Shown one piece after another: positions 38,204-48,569 of a stretch of DNA of 64,000 bases (within the stretch, counting starts at the first letter, position 1; every line of letters begins with the position of its first letter). This DNA comes from Bacteroidota bacterium (GTDB lineage: Bacteria; Bacteroidota; Bacteroidia; Bacteroidales; Dysgonomonadaceae), in the NCBI GenBank assembly GCA_023399295.1, contig JAEWQF010000032.1:2209-66208 (forward strand), in the 5' to 3' direction. The position numbers were made by a program, and so were the translations under genes. The notes beneath the pieces are model-generated. The model was not told the origin of the DNA. It saw nothing but the letters and a program-made list of their open reading frames with translations, and ran no database searches.

Positions 38204-39547
38204 ATGATGGGTGACAAACGACTGGTGATACTGGGTGGTGGCGAGAGTGGCGTTGGAACGGCAATCCTTGCCCAAAAGAAAGGTCTGGAGGTGTTCCTCT
38301 CCGACAGCGGCAAGCTCAGGAGTGACCACCGCGAGACGCTTCTCAACTACCACATTGCTTTCGAGGAGGGGCAACATTCCGAGGAGCGGGTGCTCCAAGC
38401 CGATGAGATTGTGAAGAGTCCCGGCATCCCCGACACCACACCCCTGATGCAGAAGGTACGCTCCCGTGGAATCAAGGTGATTTCGGAGATCGAATTTGCC
38501 GGCAGGTATACCAACGCGAAGATGATCTGCATCACCGGCAGCAATGGCAAGACCACAACCAGCAGTCTGATCTGGCACATCCTTCAATCGGCAGGCCTCA
38601 ATGTGGGTCTGGCTGGTAACATCGGCAGGAGTTTTGCCCGCCAGGTGGCAGAAGAAAACCATGATTGTTATGTGCTGGAGTTGAGTAGCTTCCAACTGGA
38701 GGGGGTGTATGACTTCAAAGCCGATATTGCGGTACTGTTAAACATCACACCCGATCACCTGGATCGTTACGATCACAACCTGCAATATTATGTGGATGCC
38801 AAGATGCGAATCATACGCAACCAGCAGGTGGAGGATGCATTCATCTATTGGGTCGACGATCCTGTTATCACGCACGAAATTGAAAAGTTAACCCCGGCAG
38901 CCACCTGTTATCCCTTCGGTGAGCATCAAACTGCAGTCAGTGCCGGATTCACAGGCAATGGGAAGATATACATCAACACAAAAGAATCTCAATTTGATAT
39001 GGAGCTCGAACTACTCGCCCTTGAAGGGATGCACAATGTGTACAACTCGCTTGCATCGGGTATCGTGGCCAAGCTGATGGATGTCAGTGACGAACAACTG
39101 CGCATCTCGCTTGCCGACTTCCGCGGTGTGCCGCACCGTCTCGAAAAGGTGGCAACGGTGCGTGGTGTGCAGTATGTCAATGATTCGAAGGCCACCAATG
39201 TAAACTCCTGCTGGTATGCGCTGCAGAGCATGCGCTCCAAAACCGTGCTGATCCTTGGAGGCACTGACAAAGGAAACGACTACCGCGAGATTGAGGAGCT
39301 GGTGCGCAACAAAGTGAAGGCATTGATCTTCCTGGGCGTCGACAACAGCAAGCTCCATGCCTTCTTCGACGGGATGGTTGAGACCATTTGCGACGCAGGT
39401 TCAATGGAAGAGGCAGTGAATGTTGCCTACAGGCTGGCGCAAAAAGGAGATACGGTGCTGCTCTCACCCTGTTGCGCCAGTTTCGATCTGTTCAGCAATT
39501 ACGAGGATCGTGGAGACCAGTTCAAGGAACGTGTGAGAAAATTGTAA
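38204..39547 (+). CDS. murD: UDP-MurNAc-L-Ala:D-Glu ligase MurD
   Basis: ITGSNGKTT, ELSSFQL, DHLDRY, NDSKATN, SPCCASFD. Confidence 0.96.
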   Translation: MMGDKRLVILGGGESGVGTAILAQKKGLEVFLSDSGKLRSDHRETLLNYHIAFEEGQHSEERVLQADEIVKSPGIPDTTPLMQKVRSRGIKVISEIEFAGRYTNAKMICITGSNGKTTTSSLIWHILQSAGLNVGLAGNIGRSFARQVAEENHDCYVLELSSFQLEGVYDFKADIAVLLNITPDHLDRYDHNLQYYVDAKMRIIRNQQVEDAFIYWVDDPVITHEIEKLTPAATCYPFGEHQTAVSAGFTGNGKIYINTKESQFDMELELLALEGMHNVYNSLASGIVAKLMDVSDEQLRISLADFRGVPHRLEKVATVRGVQYVNDSKATNVNSCWYALQSMRSKTVLILGGTDKGNDYREIEELVRNKVKALIFLGVDNSKLHAFFDGMVETICDAGSMEEAVNVAYRLAQKGDTVLLSPCCASFDLFSNYEDRGDQFKERVRKL

Positions 39548-39580
39548 GAAGCATGAACGAGTGACAAAAAGATATCATCT

Positions 39581-39615
39581 TGCTGACAGCCGACAGCTGA
39601 CAGCGGAACGCTAAA
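39581..39615 (+). repeat. Heptamer tandem repeat (5 units) before ftsW
   Basis: TGCTGAC AGCCGAC AGCTGAC AGCGGAA CGCTAAA. Confidence 0.7.
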
Positions 39616-39621
39616 AAAGAT

Positions 39622-40986
39622 ATGGACAACAACAGCAACCCGATTTTTAATATTGAGGAAGATCTCCAGGAACCAGGATTCTCCTGGGGGGATTTCGGAC
39701 GGAAGATATTCAAGGGTGACAAAGTGATATGGTCGGTCTTTATCGCCCTTTGTGTGATTTCCCTGGTGGAGATTTTTAGTGCCACCAGCACCATTGTTTA
39801 CCGGCAGCAGAACATCTGGGGGCCACTCCTGCGACATGCCATGTTCCTGGTGGCCGGGGTGGGGGTGATCCTGTTGGTTCACAACATTCCATACCGGTAT
39901 TTCTCCTCCCTCATCTTTATCCTGATCGGTGCCATCATCTTGTTGATCCTCACACCTTTTATCGGAACCAGCGTAAATGGTGCCGAGCGGTGGATCTCAA
40001 TCATGGGAATCACCATCCAGCCCTCTGAGATTGCCAAGATCTCGCTGGTGGGTACAATCGCTTTTCTACTCAGCAAACAGAATGGCACCAATGATGGACT
40101 GCTCTTCAAATGGATGATCGGTCTGATGCTGGTTGTAACCGGTATCATCGCAATGGACAATCTTTCAACGGCAGTTCTGCTCTTTGGTGTCTGTTATCTG
40201 TTGATGTTTATCGGTAATGTGAAGCTGATGCGACTGCTTAAGGTGGCAGGTGCGGGTGTGGCAGCAATTGTCCTCTTTGTGATGTTGCTCAATGTGCTCC
40301 CTGATAGCTGGACCGAGAAAGGTCCCCTAAGCCGTCTCGGTACCTGGCAGAACCGATTTGAACATTTTGGTGCCTCCAAAGAACAAACCGAAGAGGAATA
40401 TTTCACCATCACCGACGAGAACTACCAGGTGGCACATGCCAAGATCGCCATCTCCAACGGGGGGCTGCTGGGTGTTTTTCCGGGAAACAGCACCGAACGC
40501 GATTTCCTGCCACAAGCCTACTCCGATTTCATCTATGCCATCATCATCGAGGAGATGGGGTTGATCGGAGGGTTGTTTGTACTGCTTCTCTATGTCATCA
40601 TCCTGATCCGTGCCGGCATGATCGCCCGGAAAACAGAGAAGCTCTTTCCCAAGTACCTTGTGCTGGGTTCAGCCATGATGCTGTCGATACAGGCATTCAT
40701 CAACATGGCGGTTGCTGTCAGCCTCATTCCGGTGACCGGTCAGCCGTTGCCACTGATCAGCCGTGGCGGTACCTCAACGCTGATCACCTGCGCCTATTTC
40801 GGATTGATATTGAGTGCCGACCGCTTCGGTATCGGGAAAATGAAGGATCAGGCCCCATCGGAAACGCGTACTGATCAGGACATCGATCGGGATGATTGGG
40901 ATGGCAGTGCAGAGATGCCGGAGGAGATGGTTGACAACTCACCGCAACCCGACGAAGCGGTTGTCTTCGATGTATATCAGGCGTAG
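39622..40986 (+). CDS. ftsW: SEDS glycosyltransferase FtsW
   Basis: NGAERWI, QPSEIAK, SDFIYAIIIEE, TGQPLPLISRGGTS; dcw position. Confidence 0.93.
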   Translation: MDNNSNPIFNIEEDLQEPGFSWGDFGRKIFKGDKVIWSVFIALCVISLVEIFSATSTIVYRQQNIWGPLLRHAMFLVAGVGVILLVHNIPYRYFSSLIFILIGAIILLILTPFIGTSVNGAERWISIMGITIQPSEIAKISLVGTIAFLLSKQNGTNDGLLFKWMIGLMLVVTGIIAMDNLSTAVLLFGVCYLLMFIGNVKLMRLLKVAGAGVAAIVLFVMLLNVLPDSWTEKGPLSRLGTWQNRFEHFGASKEQTEEEYFTITDENYQVAHAKIAISNGGLLGVFPGNSTERDFLPQAYSDFIYAIIIEEMGLIGGLFVLLLYVIILIRAGMIARKTEKLFPKYLVLGSAMMLSIQAFINMAVAVSLIPVTGQPLPLISRGGTSTLITCAYFGLILSADRFGIGKMKDQAPSETRTDQDIDRDDWDGSAEMPEEMVDNSPQPDEAVVFDVYQA

Positions 40987-41032
40987 CCTGGAGATGCACC
41001 AATTGGCATCAATGACCGATAAAACGATTGCT

Positions 41033-42169
41033 ATGCATACAACAGAAACGGATGGCACAAATGTGCTCAGGATCATTGTCAGCGGGGGTGGTACCGGCGG
41101 TCATATCTTTCCCGCCATCTCGATTGCCAACGCGGTGCGTGCCCGCTGGCCGGAAACAGAGATCCTGTTTGTGGGGGCTCTTGGCCGAATGGAGATGGAA
41201 CGGGTGCCGGCAGCCGGTTACCAAATCATCGGGTTGCCTGTAGCCGGCTTCGACCGCAAGAACATACTGAAAAACATACCGGTAGCATGGAAATTGTTCA
41301 AAAGCATGCGACAGGCGAGAAAGATCGTGAAGGATTTTAAACCCGATGTGGCTGTGGGTGTGGGCGGGTATGCCAGCGGTCCGCTGTTGAAAGCGGCCAC
41401 GCTTGCAGGTGTACCGACACTCCTCCAGGAGCAGAACTCCTATGCGGGTGTGACTAACAAGATGCTTGCCAGGAAGGCGGCAGTGATCTGTGTGGCCTAT
41501 GAGGGGATGGAACGATTCTTCCCAAAGGAGAAGATCGTCCTCACCGGCAATCCCTGTCGTCAGGATCTGATGATCACACCGCAAAAGCGGGAGGAGGGAT
41601 ACCGTTTCTTTGGCCTTGATCCGCTCAGGAAAACCATCCTGATGGTAGGGGGCAGCCTGGGTGCCCGAACCCTGAACGAGAGCATTCTTGCCGCATTCGA
41701 GAAGCTGAAAGCGCGTGACGACCTGCAAGTGATCTGGCAATGCGGAAAGTATTACTTTGCTGCAATGCAGCAACTGAAGCGCGATGGAAAAATACCTGCC
41801 AATGTCCATCTGTATGATTTTCTCTCCCGCATGGATTATGCCTACGCTGTGGCCGACCTGGTCATCTCACGCGCCGGCGCCGGTTCGATTTCAGAATTTT
41901 GTCTGCTTCAGAAAGCTGTCATCCTGGTTCCCTCACCCAACGTGGCGGAGGATCACCAGACCAGGAACGCCGAAGCACTGGTGAACAGAGATGCCGCCCT
42001 GATGGTGCCCGACCGGCTGGCGGTGGAAGAACTGTTCGACACTGCCCTCGACCTGGTCGGAAAGGAGAATCGATTGCACCAGCTGGGTCTCAATATAGCC
42101 GCATTGGCACAACATGACTCTGCCGACAGAATCGTCGACGAGATCGCAAAAATTGTGAAACGCACTTGA
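41033..42169 (+). CDS. murG: Undecaprenyl-PP-MurNAc-pentapeptide GlcNAc transferase MurG
   Basis: GGGTGGHIFP, GGYAS, EQNS, GNP, GGSLGA, HQTRNA. Start is uncertain (40994, 41012 or 41033). Confidence 0.95.
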   Translation: MHTTETDGTNVLRIIVSGGGTGGHIFPAISIANAVRARWPETEILFVGALGRMEMERVPAAGYQIIGLPVAGFDRKNILKNIPVAWKLFKSMRQARKIVKDFKPDVAVGVGGYASGPLLKAATLAGVPTLLQEQNSYAGVTNKMLARKAAVICVAYEGMERFFPKEKIVLTGNPCRQDLMITPQKREEGYRFFGLDPLRKTILMVGGSLGARTLNESILAAFEKLKARDDLQVIWQCGKYYFAAMQQLKRDGKIPANVHLYDFLSRMDYAYAVADLVISRAGAGSISEFCLLQKAVILVPSPNVAEDHQTRNAEALVNRDAALMVPDRLAVEELFDTALDLVGKENRLHQLGLNIAALAQHDSADRIVDEIAKIVKRT

Positions 42170-42171
42170 TC

Positions 42172-43587
42172 ATGGAACAAACAATGGAGAACCACACCCA
42201 AAAAGCAGATAGCTACAACAACTTCTACTTTGTAGGAATTGGCGGCATCGGCATGAGCAACCTGGCCCGCTACTTTCTCTCACAGGGCAGGCAAGTGGGG
42301 GGTTACGACCGCACCGGGTCTCCTCTTACGGAGCAGCTCCGCAATGAGGGAGCCTTTGTGCACTATTGTGACGACATTGATGAACTGCCGGCCTGTTTCT
42401 TCGATAGGGAGAGGACGTTGGTGGTCTATACTCCGGCCGTACCGGCGAACCATGGTGAGCTCTCTGCCTTTCGGGAGAGAGGGTTCAGGATGATGAAGCG
42501 AGCAGAGCTGCTGGGTGAGATCACCCGTTCCAGCGACGCGATCTGTGTGGCCGGAACACATGGCAAGACCACCGTCTCAAGCATGACAGCCCATCTCCTG
42601 CATCAGTCGCATGTCGATTGCAATGCCTTTCTGGGGGGTATCCTGAAGAACTACAACACCAATCTGCTCTTGTCAGGGAAAAGCAGGATCACCGTTGTCG
42701 AAGCAGATGAGTATGACCGTTCCTTTCACTGGCTTAAACCGCACATTGCCATCATCACCTCCGCCGACCCCGACCATCTCGACATATACGGAACCGCGGA
42801 AGCCTATCGCGAAAGCTTTGAGCATTTCACCTCGCTGATTCGCAAGGGAGGACACCTCATCCTGAAGAAGGATGTGGGTGTGACACCCCGCATCAGTGAC
42901 GGTGTCACTCTCTGGAGTTACTCGGAAGGAGAAGGTGACTTTCATGCGGAAAACATACGCATTGGAGAGGGGGAGATACGGTTCGACTATGTCTCACCCA
43001 CCCAAAGAATCAATGAGATCAACCTGGGGGTGCCGGTGAAGGTGAACATCGAAAACAGCATCGCCGCCATTGCTGCCGCTGAGCTATGCGGTGTGACTGC
43101 CAATGAGATCAGAAACGCAATGGAGACCTTTGCGGGTGCCCGACGACGATTCGACTTCCACATCAAAAGCAAACAGATCGTCTTCATCGATGATTACGCC
43201 CATCATCCCAATGAGCTGTCAGCAGCCATCGATTCAATCAAGGCACTCTATCCGCACCGAAAAGTGACCGCTGTGTTTCAACCACATCTCTTCAGCCGCA
43301 CACGCGACTTTTCAGCACAGTTTGCACGCAGTCTCTCATTGTGTGACGAGGTGATCCTGCTCGACATCTATCCGGCACGTGAGGAGCCGATTGAAGGAGT
43401 CACCTCTGAGATGCTGCTGCGGTTGATCACCCTTGACCGGAAACAGCTGTGCAGCAAGGAGCAACTGCTGGATTTGCTTCGGAGCCTCGACCTGGAGGTG
43501 CTAGTCACCTTTGGTGCCGGCGACATCGACCAACTCCTGCCGGAAATTGCAGCGATGTTGCGGGAGCGTTACCGGCTGCATGAGTGA
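42172..43587 (+). CDS. murC: UDP-MurNAc:L-Ala ligase MurC
   Basis: GIGGIGMS, GTHGKTT, EADEYD, DDYAHHP, FQPH. Confidence 0.96.
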   Translation: MEQTMENHTQKADSYNNFYFVGIGGIGMSNLARYFLSQGRQVGGYDRTGSPLTEQLRNEGAFVHYCDDIDELPACFFDRERTLVVYTPAVPANHGELSAFRERGFRMMKRAELLGEITRSSDAICVAGTHGKTTVSSMTAHLLHQSHVDCNAFLGGILKNYNTNLLLSGKSRITVVEADEYDRSFHWLKPHIAIITSADPDHLDIYGTAEAYRESFEHFTSLIRKGGHLILKKDVGVTPRISDGVTLWSYSEGEGDFHAENIRIGEGEIRFDYVSPTQRINEINLGVPVKVNIENSIAAIAAAELCGVTANEIRNAMETFAGARRRFDFHIKSKQIVFIDDYAHHPNELSAAIDSIKALYPHRKVTAVFQPHLFSRTRDFSAQFARSLSLCDEVILLDIYPAREEPIEGVTSEMLLRLITLDRKQLCSKEQLLDLLRSLDLEVLVTFGAGDIDQLLPEIAAMLRERYRLHE

Positions 43588-43702
43588 TGTACCGCTTGCT
43601 TTGGTTGTCACCGGGCATATGTTGACAACAACGGTGCGACAACGACCTGCAACGACCCATAAAAATGAAGAATAAATTGCTGGGGCTTTGCGCTTCTTGA
43701 TG

Positions 43703-43710
43703 TATCTTTG
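43703..43710 (+). promoter_or_regulatory. Internal -7 promoter element (TATCTTTG) upstream of ftsQAZ
   Basis: TAnnTTTG in the 149-nt murC-ftsQ gap, 26 nt before the ftsQ GTG. Confidence 0.55.
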
Positions 43711-43736
43711 CATTGATGTTCATAACAGCATAGAGA

Positions 43737-44468
43737 GTGAAAAAAATCCTGCTCATACTGGTTGTACTGTTGATGATTGGCTATCTGGTCTTCTCAGCTG
43801 CCTATTTCAGAAAGAGCGCACGCAGCAAGCTGTGCGAGACGTTTGAGGTGGTGGTGGAGGACAGCAGCAGGTCGCAGTTTGTATTGACACCAGATATTGT
43901 GAGACTGGTGAAACGGTACAATCTCTATCCGGTTGGCAAGCCTTTCGGTGAGATCAACACACTGGCCATCCGCGACACCATTCTGACAAACAAACTGGTG
44001 GCGTCGGCAGAAGTGTATACCACCCCCGGCAATGGCATCGTTGCCCTCATCCGTCAACGGAAACCGGTGCTGAGGGTGCTTTCTGACAACGGGAACAGCT
44101 TTTATGTGGATCAGGAGCGAAACATCATGCCGGTCTCACCTGCTTTTACCGTCTATGTGCCGTTGGCCACCGGATCCGTAACGGAAGCCTTTGCGCGGGA
44201 TCAGTTGTTCGATTTTGCCCAGTTCATGCAGCGCAATGCCGACTGGGATGCCTGGATCGAGCAGATCGATGTGAGGAGCAATGGGGATGTGGTGCTGATC
44301 CCCCGTGCCGGTGATTTCAAGGTTGTGATGGGCAGTCTGGACGATTTCCCCTCCAAACTCTCCAAATTTGTCCGTTTTGTTGATGAGGGATTGGGAGTGG
44401 TGGGATGGAATCGATACAGTGAGATCAACCTGAAATATGACAACCAGGTGGTCTGTACCAGGAAATAG
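43737..44468 (+). CDS. ftsQ: Cell division protein FtsQ
   Basis: N-terminal TM; QRKPVLRV; C-terminal YSEINLKYDNQVVC; located between murC and ftsA. Confidence 0.87.
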   Translation: MKKILLILVVLLMIGYLVFSAAYFRKSARSKLCETFEVVVEDSSRSQFVLTPDIVRLVKRYNLYPVGKPFGEINTLAIRDTILTNKLVASAEVYTTPGNGIVALIRQRKPVLRVLSDNGNSFYVDQERNIMPVSPAFTVYVPLATGSVTEAFARDQLFDFAQFMQRNADWDAWIEQIDVRSNGDVVLIPRAGDFKVVMGSLDDFPSKLSKFVRFVDEGLGVVGWNRYSEINLKYDNQVVCTRK

Positions 44469-44575
44469 CATCATCCCATCCCGTTGTCACCCGCATAAAA
44501 TGATGCGAAGGTGTAAACAAAAGCCATTGGGAGCGTGTTTGTTAATAAAGATATCAAAATAAGTTCATCAATCAT

Positions 44576-45910
44576 ATGACATCATCTGGTTTTACAGTTG
44601 TGATCGACCTGGGGACATCTAAAATTAAAGGAGTGATGGGTCGCAGGAATGAAAACGGCGTCATCTCTGTGATTGCCAGCGGCAGCATTGATTCCGCCAA
44701 CTCCATCCGCAGGGGGGTGGTCTATAACATCGAACAGGCAGGTGCCAATGTACACCGACTGGTGCGGATGCTGGAGAATAGCAGCGATCGTAAAATCGGG
44801 AAACTCTACGTGTCACTGGCTGGCCAGTCGCTTCACACCCTCGAGTTCAACGAGATGAGGCATCTGCCCTCCGGGATGGTAACCGAGGAGGTGGTACACT
44901 CGCTGCGGCGTGTGGCGGAGCAGTACAAGCCAGATATGAAGCGCAACTACCGGGTGGCCGATGTGGAGTACTACATCGACGACAAACCGGAGAGAAGTCC
45001 AATTGGGGTGACCGGAAGCCAGATCGAAGCAGGCTTTGAGTTGATTGTAGGACGCCCCAACCTGATGACAATCATTGAGAAAAGCATCACTGGTAAGACC
45101 ACGCTGGAGATTGCAGATTACATCGTGGGTCCTACCGCTGCTGCCGAGATCGCACTCACCGACGAAGAGAAAGAACTGGGTTGTCTCTTCATTGATTTTG
45201 GTGCCGGCACAACCACCCTCTCACTCTACAAGGAGGGTACCCTTCGCCGCATGGTGGTCATTCCCTTTGGCGGTCGAAGCATCACGAAAGATATCTGTGC
45301 CCTCAACTTCACCGAAAACGATGCAGAGCAGCTGAAAATAAAGTTTGGGAAGGCTCTGGAGACGCATGAGGGACCCCTCTTCTCCTCCCCGTTCTCATCC
45401 AAACCCGATGTGGACCTGGCAGAACTGAACAAGGTGATCGGCATGCGTCTGGATGAGATCATTGCCAACATCAGGGAGCAGATCTCCCTCTCCGGTTACG
45501 AGGGACAGTTGGGTGCGGGTGTCATCATCACTGGTGGTGCCTCACTGCTTAAGAACATGGATCTCTACCTGGGACAGAAGCTTAAAATGAGTGTGCGTCG
45601 GGCAACGGCACGCAAAACATTGGTCAACAACGCACCGGAGCTCACAGGTGATCCCTCCTTCACCCTGGTACTGGGAATGCTGCTCACAGCCGTTGACGAT
45701 TGTGAAAAGAGTGTGGAAGAGAGAGCCGAAGAGGTATCGGAAGAGGAACAAAGTGCCTCTACCGGATGGCTCTGGCGCTCAAAACCGGAAAAAGAAAAAA
45801 AGCCGAAAAAGGAGAAGGTGAAGAAAGAGAAACCCGAGAAGACGGAGGGTGGATTTCTCTCAAAGATGGAAGATATGTTCGGCAACATCTTCTCTGAAGA
45901 TGACGAATAA
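44576..45910 (+). CDS. ftsA: Cell division protein FtsA
   Basis: IDLGTSKI, IDFGAGTT, GGRSITKDI, ITGGAS; C-terminal amphipathic helix. Confidence 0.93.
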   Translation: MTSSGFTVVIDLGTSKIKGVMGRRNENGVISVIASGSIDSANSIRRGVVYNIEQAGANVHRLVRMLENSSDRKIGKLYVSLAGQSLHTLEFNEMRHLPSGMVTEEVVHSLRRVAEQYKPDMKRNYRVADVEYYIDDKPERSPIGVTGSQIEAGFELIVGRPNLMTIIEKSITGKTTLEIADYIVGPTAAAEIALTDEEKELGCLFIDFGAGTTTLSLYKEGTLRRMVVIPFGGRSITKDICALNFTENDAEQLKIKFGKALETHEGPLFSSPFSSKPDVDLAELNKVIGMRLDEIIANIREQISLSGYEGQLGAGVIITGGASLLKNMDLYLGQKLKMSVRRATARKTLVNNAPELTGDPSFTLVLGMLLTAVDDCEKSVEERAEEVSEEEQSASTGWLWRSKPEKEKKPKKEKVKKEKPEKTEGGFLSKMEDMFGNIFSEDDE

Positions 45911-45930
45911 CCGAGTAACAAAAGAGTGCA

Positions 45931-47223
45931 ATGAATGAGGAGATACTTGATTTTCTAATTGAAAGCCGTACAGATGCCATCATCAAGGTGATTGGTGTGG
46001 GTGGAGGTGGCGGCAACGCGGTCAACCACATGTACCAGGGTGGGATACACGATGTGTCGTTCGCACTCTGCAACACCGACAACCAGGCGCTGATGGAGTC
46101 ACCGGTGCCTGTGAAGGTACGGCTGGGGCAGCATACCACCGGTGGGCTGGGTGCCGGCAACAAGCCGGAGGTGGCCAGAAAGGCGGCTGAGGAAAGTGTG
46201 CCGCTGATCGAAGATCTGCTCAATGACGGAACCAAGATGGTGTTCATCACTGCCGGCATGGGAGGTGGTACCGGTACCGGTGCTGCACCGGTGGTGGCCC
46301 GTGTGGCCAAAGAGATGGGGATCCTCACCGTGGGGATTGTCACCATCCCCTTCATGTTTGAAGGACCGCGCAAGATTGTTCAGGCACTCAAGGGGGTGGA
46401 GGAGATTGCCGACAATGTGGATGCATTGCTGGTGATCAACAATGAGCGGTTACGCGACATATACAGCGACCTGACAATGCTCAATGCTTTTGCCAGAGCC
46501 GATGATACGCTGGCCACAGCGGCCCGCAGCATTGCCGAGATCATCACCGTGCATGGTCATGTGAACCTCGACTTTGCCGATGTGGAGACCACCCTGAAGG
46601 ATGGTGGTGTAGCCATCATGAGCAGCGGCCTGGGTAACGGTGAAGACCGCATCAATGACGCCATTCGCAATGCACTTCACTCTCCGTTGCTGAACAACAA
46701 CGATGTGTTCAGTGCCAAGAAGATACTGATCAACCTCTCCTTTGGTGAGGAGAATCCGCTGATGATGGAAGAGATGAATGCGATGCACGACTTCATGTCG
46801 AAATTCAGCAGGGAGATAGAGGTGATCTGGGGTACCGCCGTAGAGCAGGAGCTGCGACAGGAGGTGAAGGTGACCCTGCTGGCCACTGGCTTCTCCATCA
46901 CTGATGTACCCGGCATCGAGGAGCAGCATCAGGAGCGTAGCAGGGCTGAGGAGATACAACGCCAGATTGAGCAGGACGCAAGAATTGAGCAGGATCGGAA
47001 AGATAAGGAGCTGATAGAGAAGTACTATGGCAAGACAGGGCTGAAGTCGCTCACTACCGTCAACTACAAATTGGAACCCTTTGTGCTCACCATCGATGAG
47101 CTGGATGACGACAAGGTGCTGGAGGCACTGGAGAAGACACCTGTTTTTAAGCGGGAGCCGGGCTTTAACCCGCGCATCTTCAAAGCGGATGCACCCCAGG
47201 CATCGGGATCGTTGTTCGATTGA
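45931..47223 (+). CDS. ftsZ: Cell division protein FtsZ
   Basis: GVGGGGGNAV, NTDNQAL, GMGGGTGTG, NLDFADV. Confidence 0.98.
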   Translation: MNEEILDFLIESRTDAIIKVIGVGGGGGNAVNHMYQGGIHDVSFALCNTDNQALMESPVPVKVRLGQHTTGGLGAGNKPEVARKAAEESVPLIEDLLNDGTKMVFITAGMGGGTGTGAAPVVARVAKEMGILTVGIVTIPFMFEGPRKIVQALKGVEEIADNVDALLVINNERLRDIYSDLTMLNAFARADDTLATAARSIAEIITVHGHVNLDFADVETTLKDGGVAIMSSGLGNGEDRINDAIRNALHSPLLNNNDVFSAKKILINLSFGEENPLMMEEMNAMHDFMSKFSREIEVIWGTAVEQELRQEVKVTLLATGFSITDVPGIEEQHQERSRAEEIQRQIEQDARIEQDRKDKELIEKYYGKTGLKSLTTVNYKLEPFVLTIDELDDDKVLEALEKTPVFKREPGFNPRIFKADAPQASGSLFD

Positions 47224-47267
47224 TGCAGTGAGATTGAGTGAAAATGAACAAAGAATAAACAGACAAT

Positions 47268-47717
47268 ATGACATTTATTGAGGTGATCAGCGAAGAGATC
47301 AGGAAAGCGATGCTTGCCAAAGAAAAAGTACGGCTGGAAGCATTGCGCGGTATCAAGAAAGAACTGCTTGAAGCTAAAACCGCCAAGGATGCGGCGCATG
47401 AGCTCACCGATGAGGTGGCTGTGGCCATTCTGCAAAAGATGGTGAAACAGCGCAAAGAGAGCGCGGAGATCTATGCCGCACAAAACAGACCCGATTTGGC
47501 CGAGCCTGAAATTGAACAGGTGAAAGTGATCCAGGAGTTCCTGCCTGCACCACTCACCGAGGAGGAGCTGACAGCCATCATACAGGAGCTGATTGCTGAA
47601 ACAGGCGCGGTATCAGTGAAAGAGATGGGCAAGGTGATGGCTCTCGCCACCAAGAGATTGGCTGGTAGAGCCGAGGGGCGGGTAGTTTCTGAGAAGGTGC
47701 GGCAGTTGCTCTCGTGA
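47268..47717 (+). CDS. GatB/YqeY domain protein
   Basis: AMLAKEK.RL..LR.IK, KQRKES, MGKVM; usual position after ftsZ. Confidence 0.88.
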   Translation: MTFIEVISEEIRKAMLAKEKVRLEALRGIKKELLEAKTAKDAAHELTDEVAVAILQKMVKQRKESAEIYAAQNRPDLAEPEIEQVKVIQEFLPAPLTEEELTAIIQELIAETGAVSVKEMGKVMALATKRLAGRAEGRVVSEKVRQLLS

Positions 47718-47730
47718 CACCGGTCACGGC

Positions 47731-48438
47731 TTAGATCTTCCGTACGAATGGGACGTATACCTTTTTCATCCGTTTGTCGATCCTGTTGCTGCGGCGGGCT
47801 TTCTTCAGGAGCTTCTCCAAATCACGCTCCCTGTTTTTTCCCGCTTTGAAGTCATCACTCAACATCAGCAGGGAGATTGTTTCCTCATCTATGATCTGGT
47901 AGCGAAAAACCACTTCCCTGTTTTCGATCACCTCGTTTTCAGCCAGTTGTACCTGGAGATCGGTGTCGGGTTCAAATTGAATTGTATGGTTGTGGAAACC
48001 CATTGCCGAAACCTTAATGGATCCGATCTTTTCTGTTTCAGTGAAATAGACCTTCCCATCCTGTGTTGTCACCTTCCCTTCCAGCAGCTTGCCCGATTTA
48101 GAGAATGACTCAACCAGAATTGGCGACAAGGGATAGCCGTTCCTGCCAATAACCTCCACCACACAGCTGTCGTTTCGTGAAGCTGGCAGAATCCGGGAGG
48201 ATGATTTATGCCCGGAATAGGCAGCGGTACGGATGATCACAATGTCATCCAGCATCTCATAATCACCTTCCCCCACTTGTGCAACCGAGAGTCCGGCAAA
48301 GCCACTGATCCGGAAAGATGCATGCCGATCCTTCAGACAAAGGGAGTCGCTGCCCTCCCGGTAGGTGCCTTCCGCCAGTTGTGCCTGTGAAACGATCGCA
48401 GAAAGGAAAAACCAAAGTAATAGGGTCGTTTTTTTCAT
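47731..48438 (-). CDS. Hypothetical secreted protein
   Basis: Signal peptide MKKTTLLLWFFLSAIVSQA from ATG 48438; TACATTTG at 48466-48473 (minus strand). Confidence 0.65.
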   Translation of the reverse strand: MKKTTLLLWFFLSAIVSQAQLAEGTYREGSDSLCLKDRHASFRISGFAGLSVAQVGEGDYEMLDDIVIIRTAAYSGHKSSSRILPASRNDSCVVEVIGRNGYPLSPILVESFSKSGKLLEGKVTTQDGKVYFTETEKIGSIKVSAMGFHNHTIQFEPDTDLQVQLAENEVIENREVVFRYQIIDEETISLLMLSDDFKAGKNRERDLEKLLKKARRSNRIDKRMKKVYVPFVRKI

Positions 48439-48507
48439 GAACAATGCATGTTGGTGATTCAGGAACAAATGTACAATTTTTTTTCCGCTCTTCTTAGCCA
48501 CCTGCAC

Positions 48508-48538
48508 AAAAAAACTCCCTGTCATACGACAGGGAGTT
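48508..48538 (-). terminator. Intrinsic terminator after trxB
   Basis: AACTCCCTGTC-GTAT-GACAGGGAGTT-TTTTT on the minus strand. Confidence 0.85.
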
Positions 48539-48569
48539 GATCCATCTGAACCGATGGGTTGCATGCAGT

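Noticed and set aside
31339..47223. Absence of murF and ddl from the dcw cluster; FtsZ lacking a classic DIPxFL tail
   Set aside because: To my knowledge these are normal for Bacteroidales and not a peculiarity of this genome.
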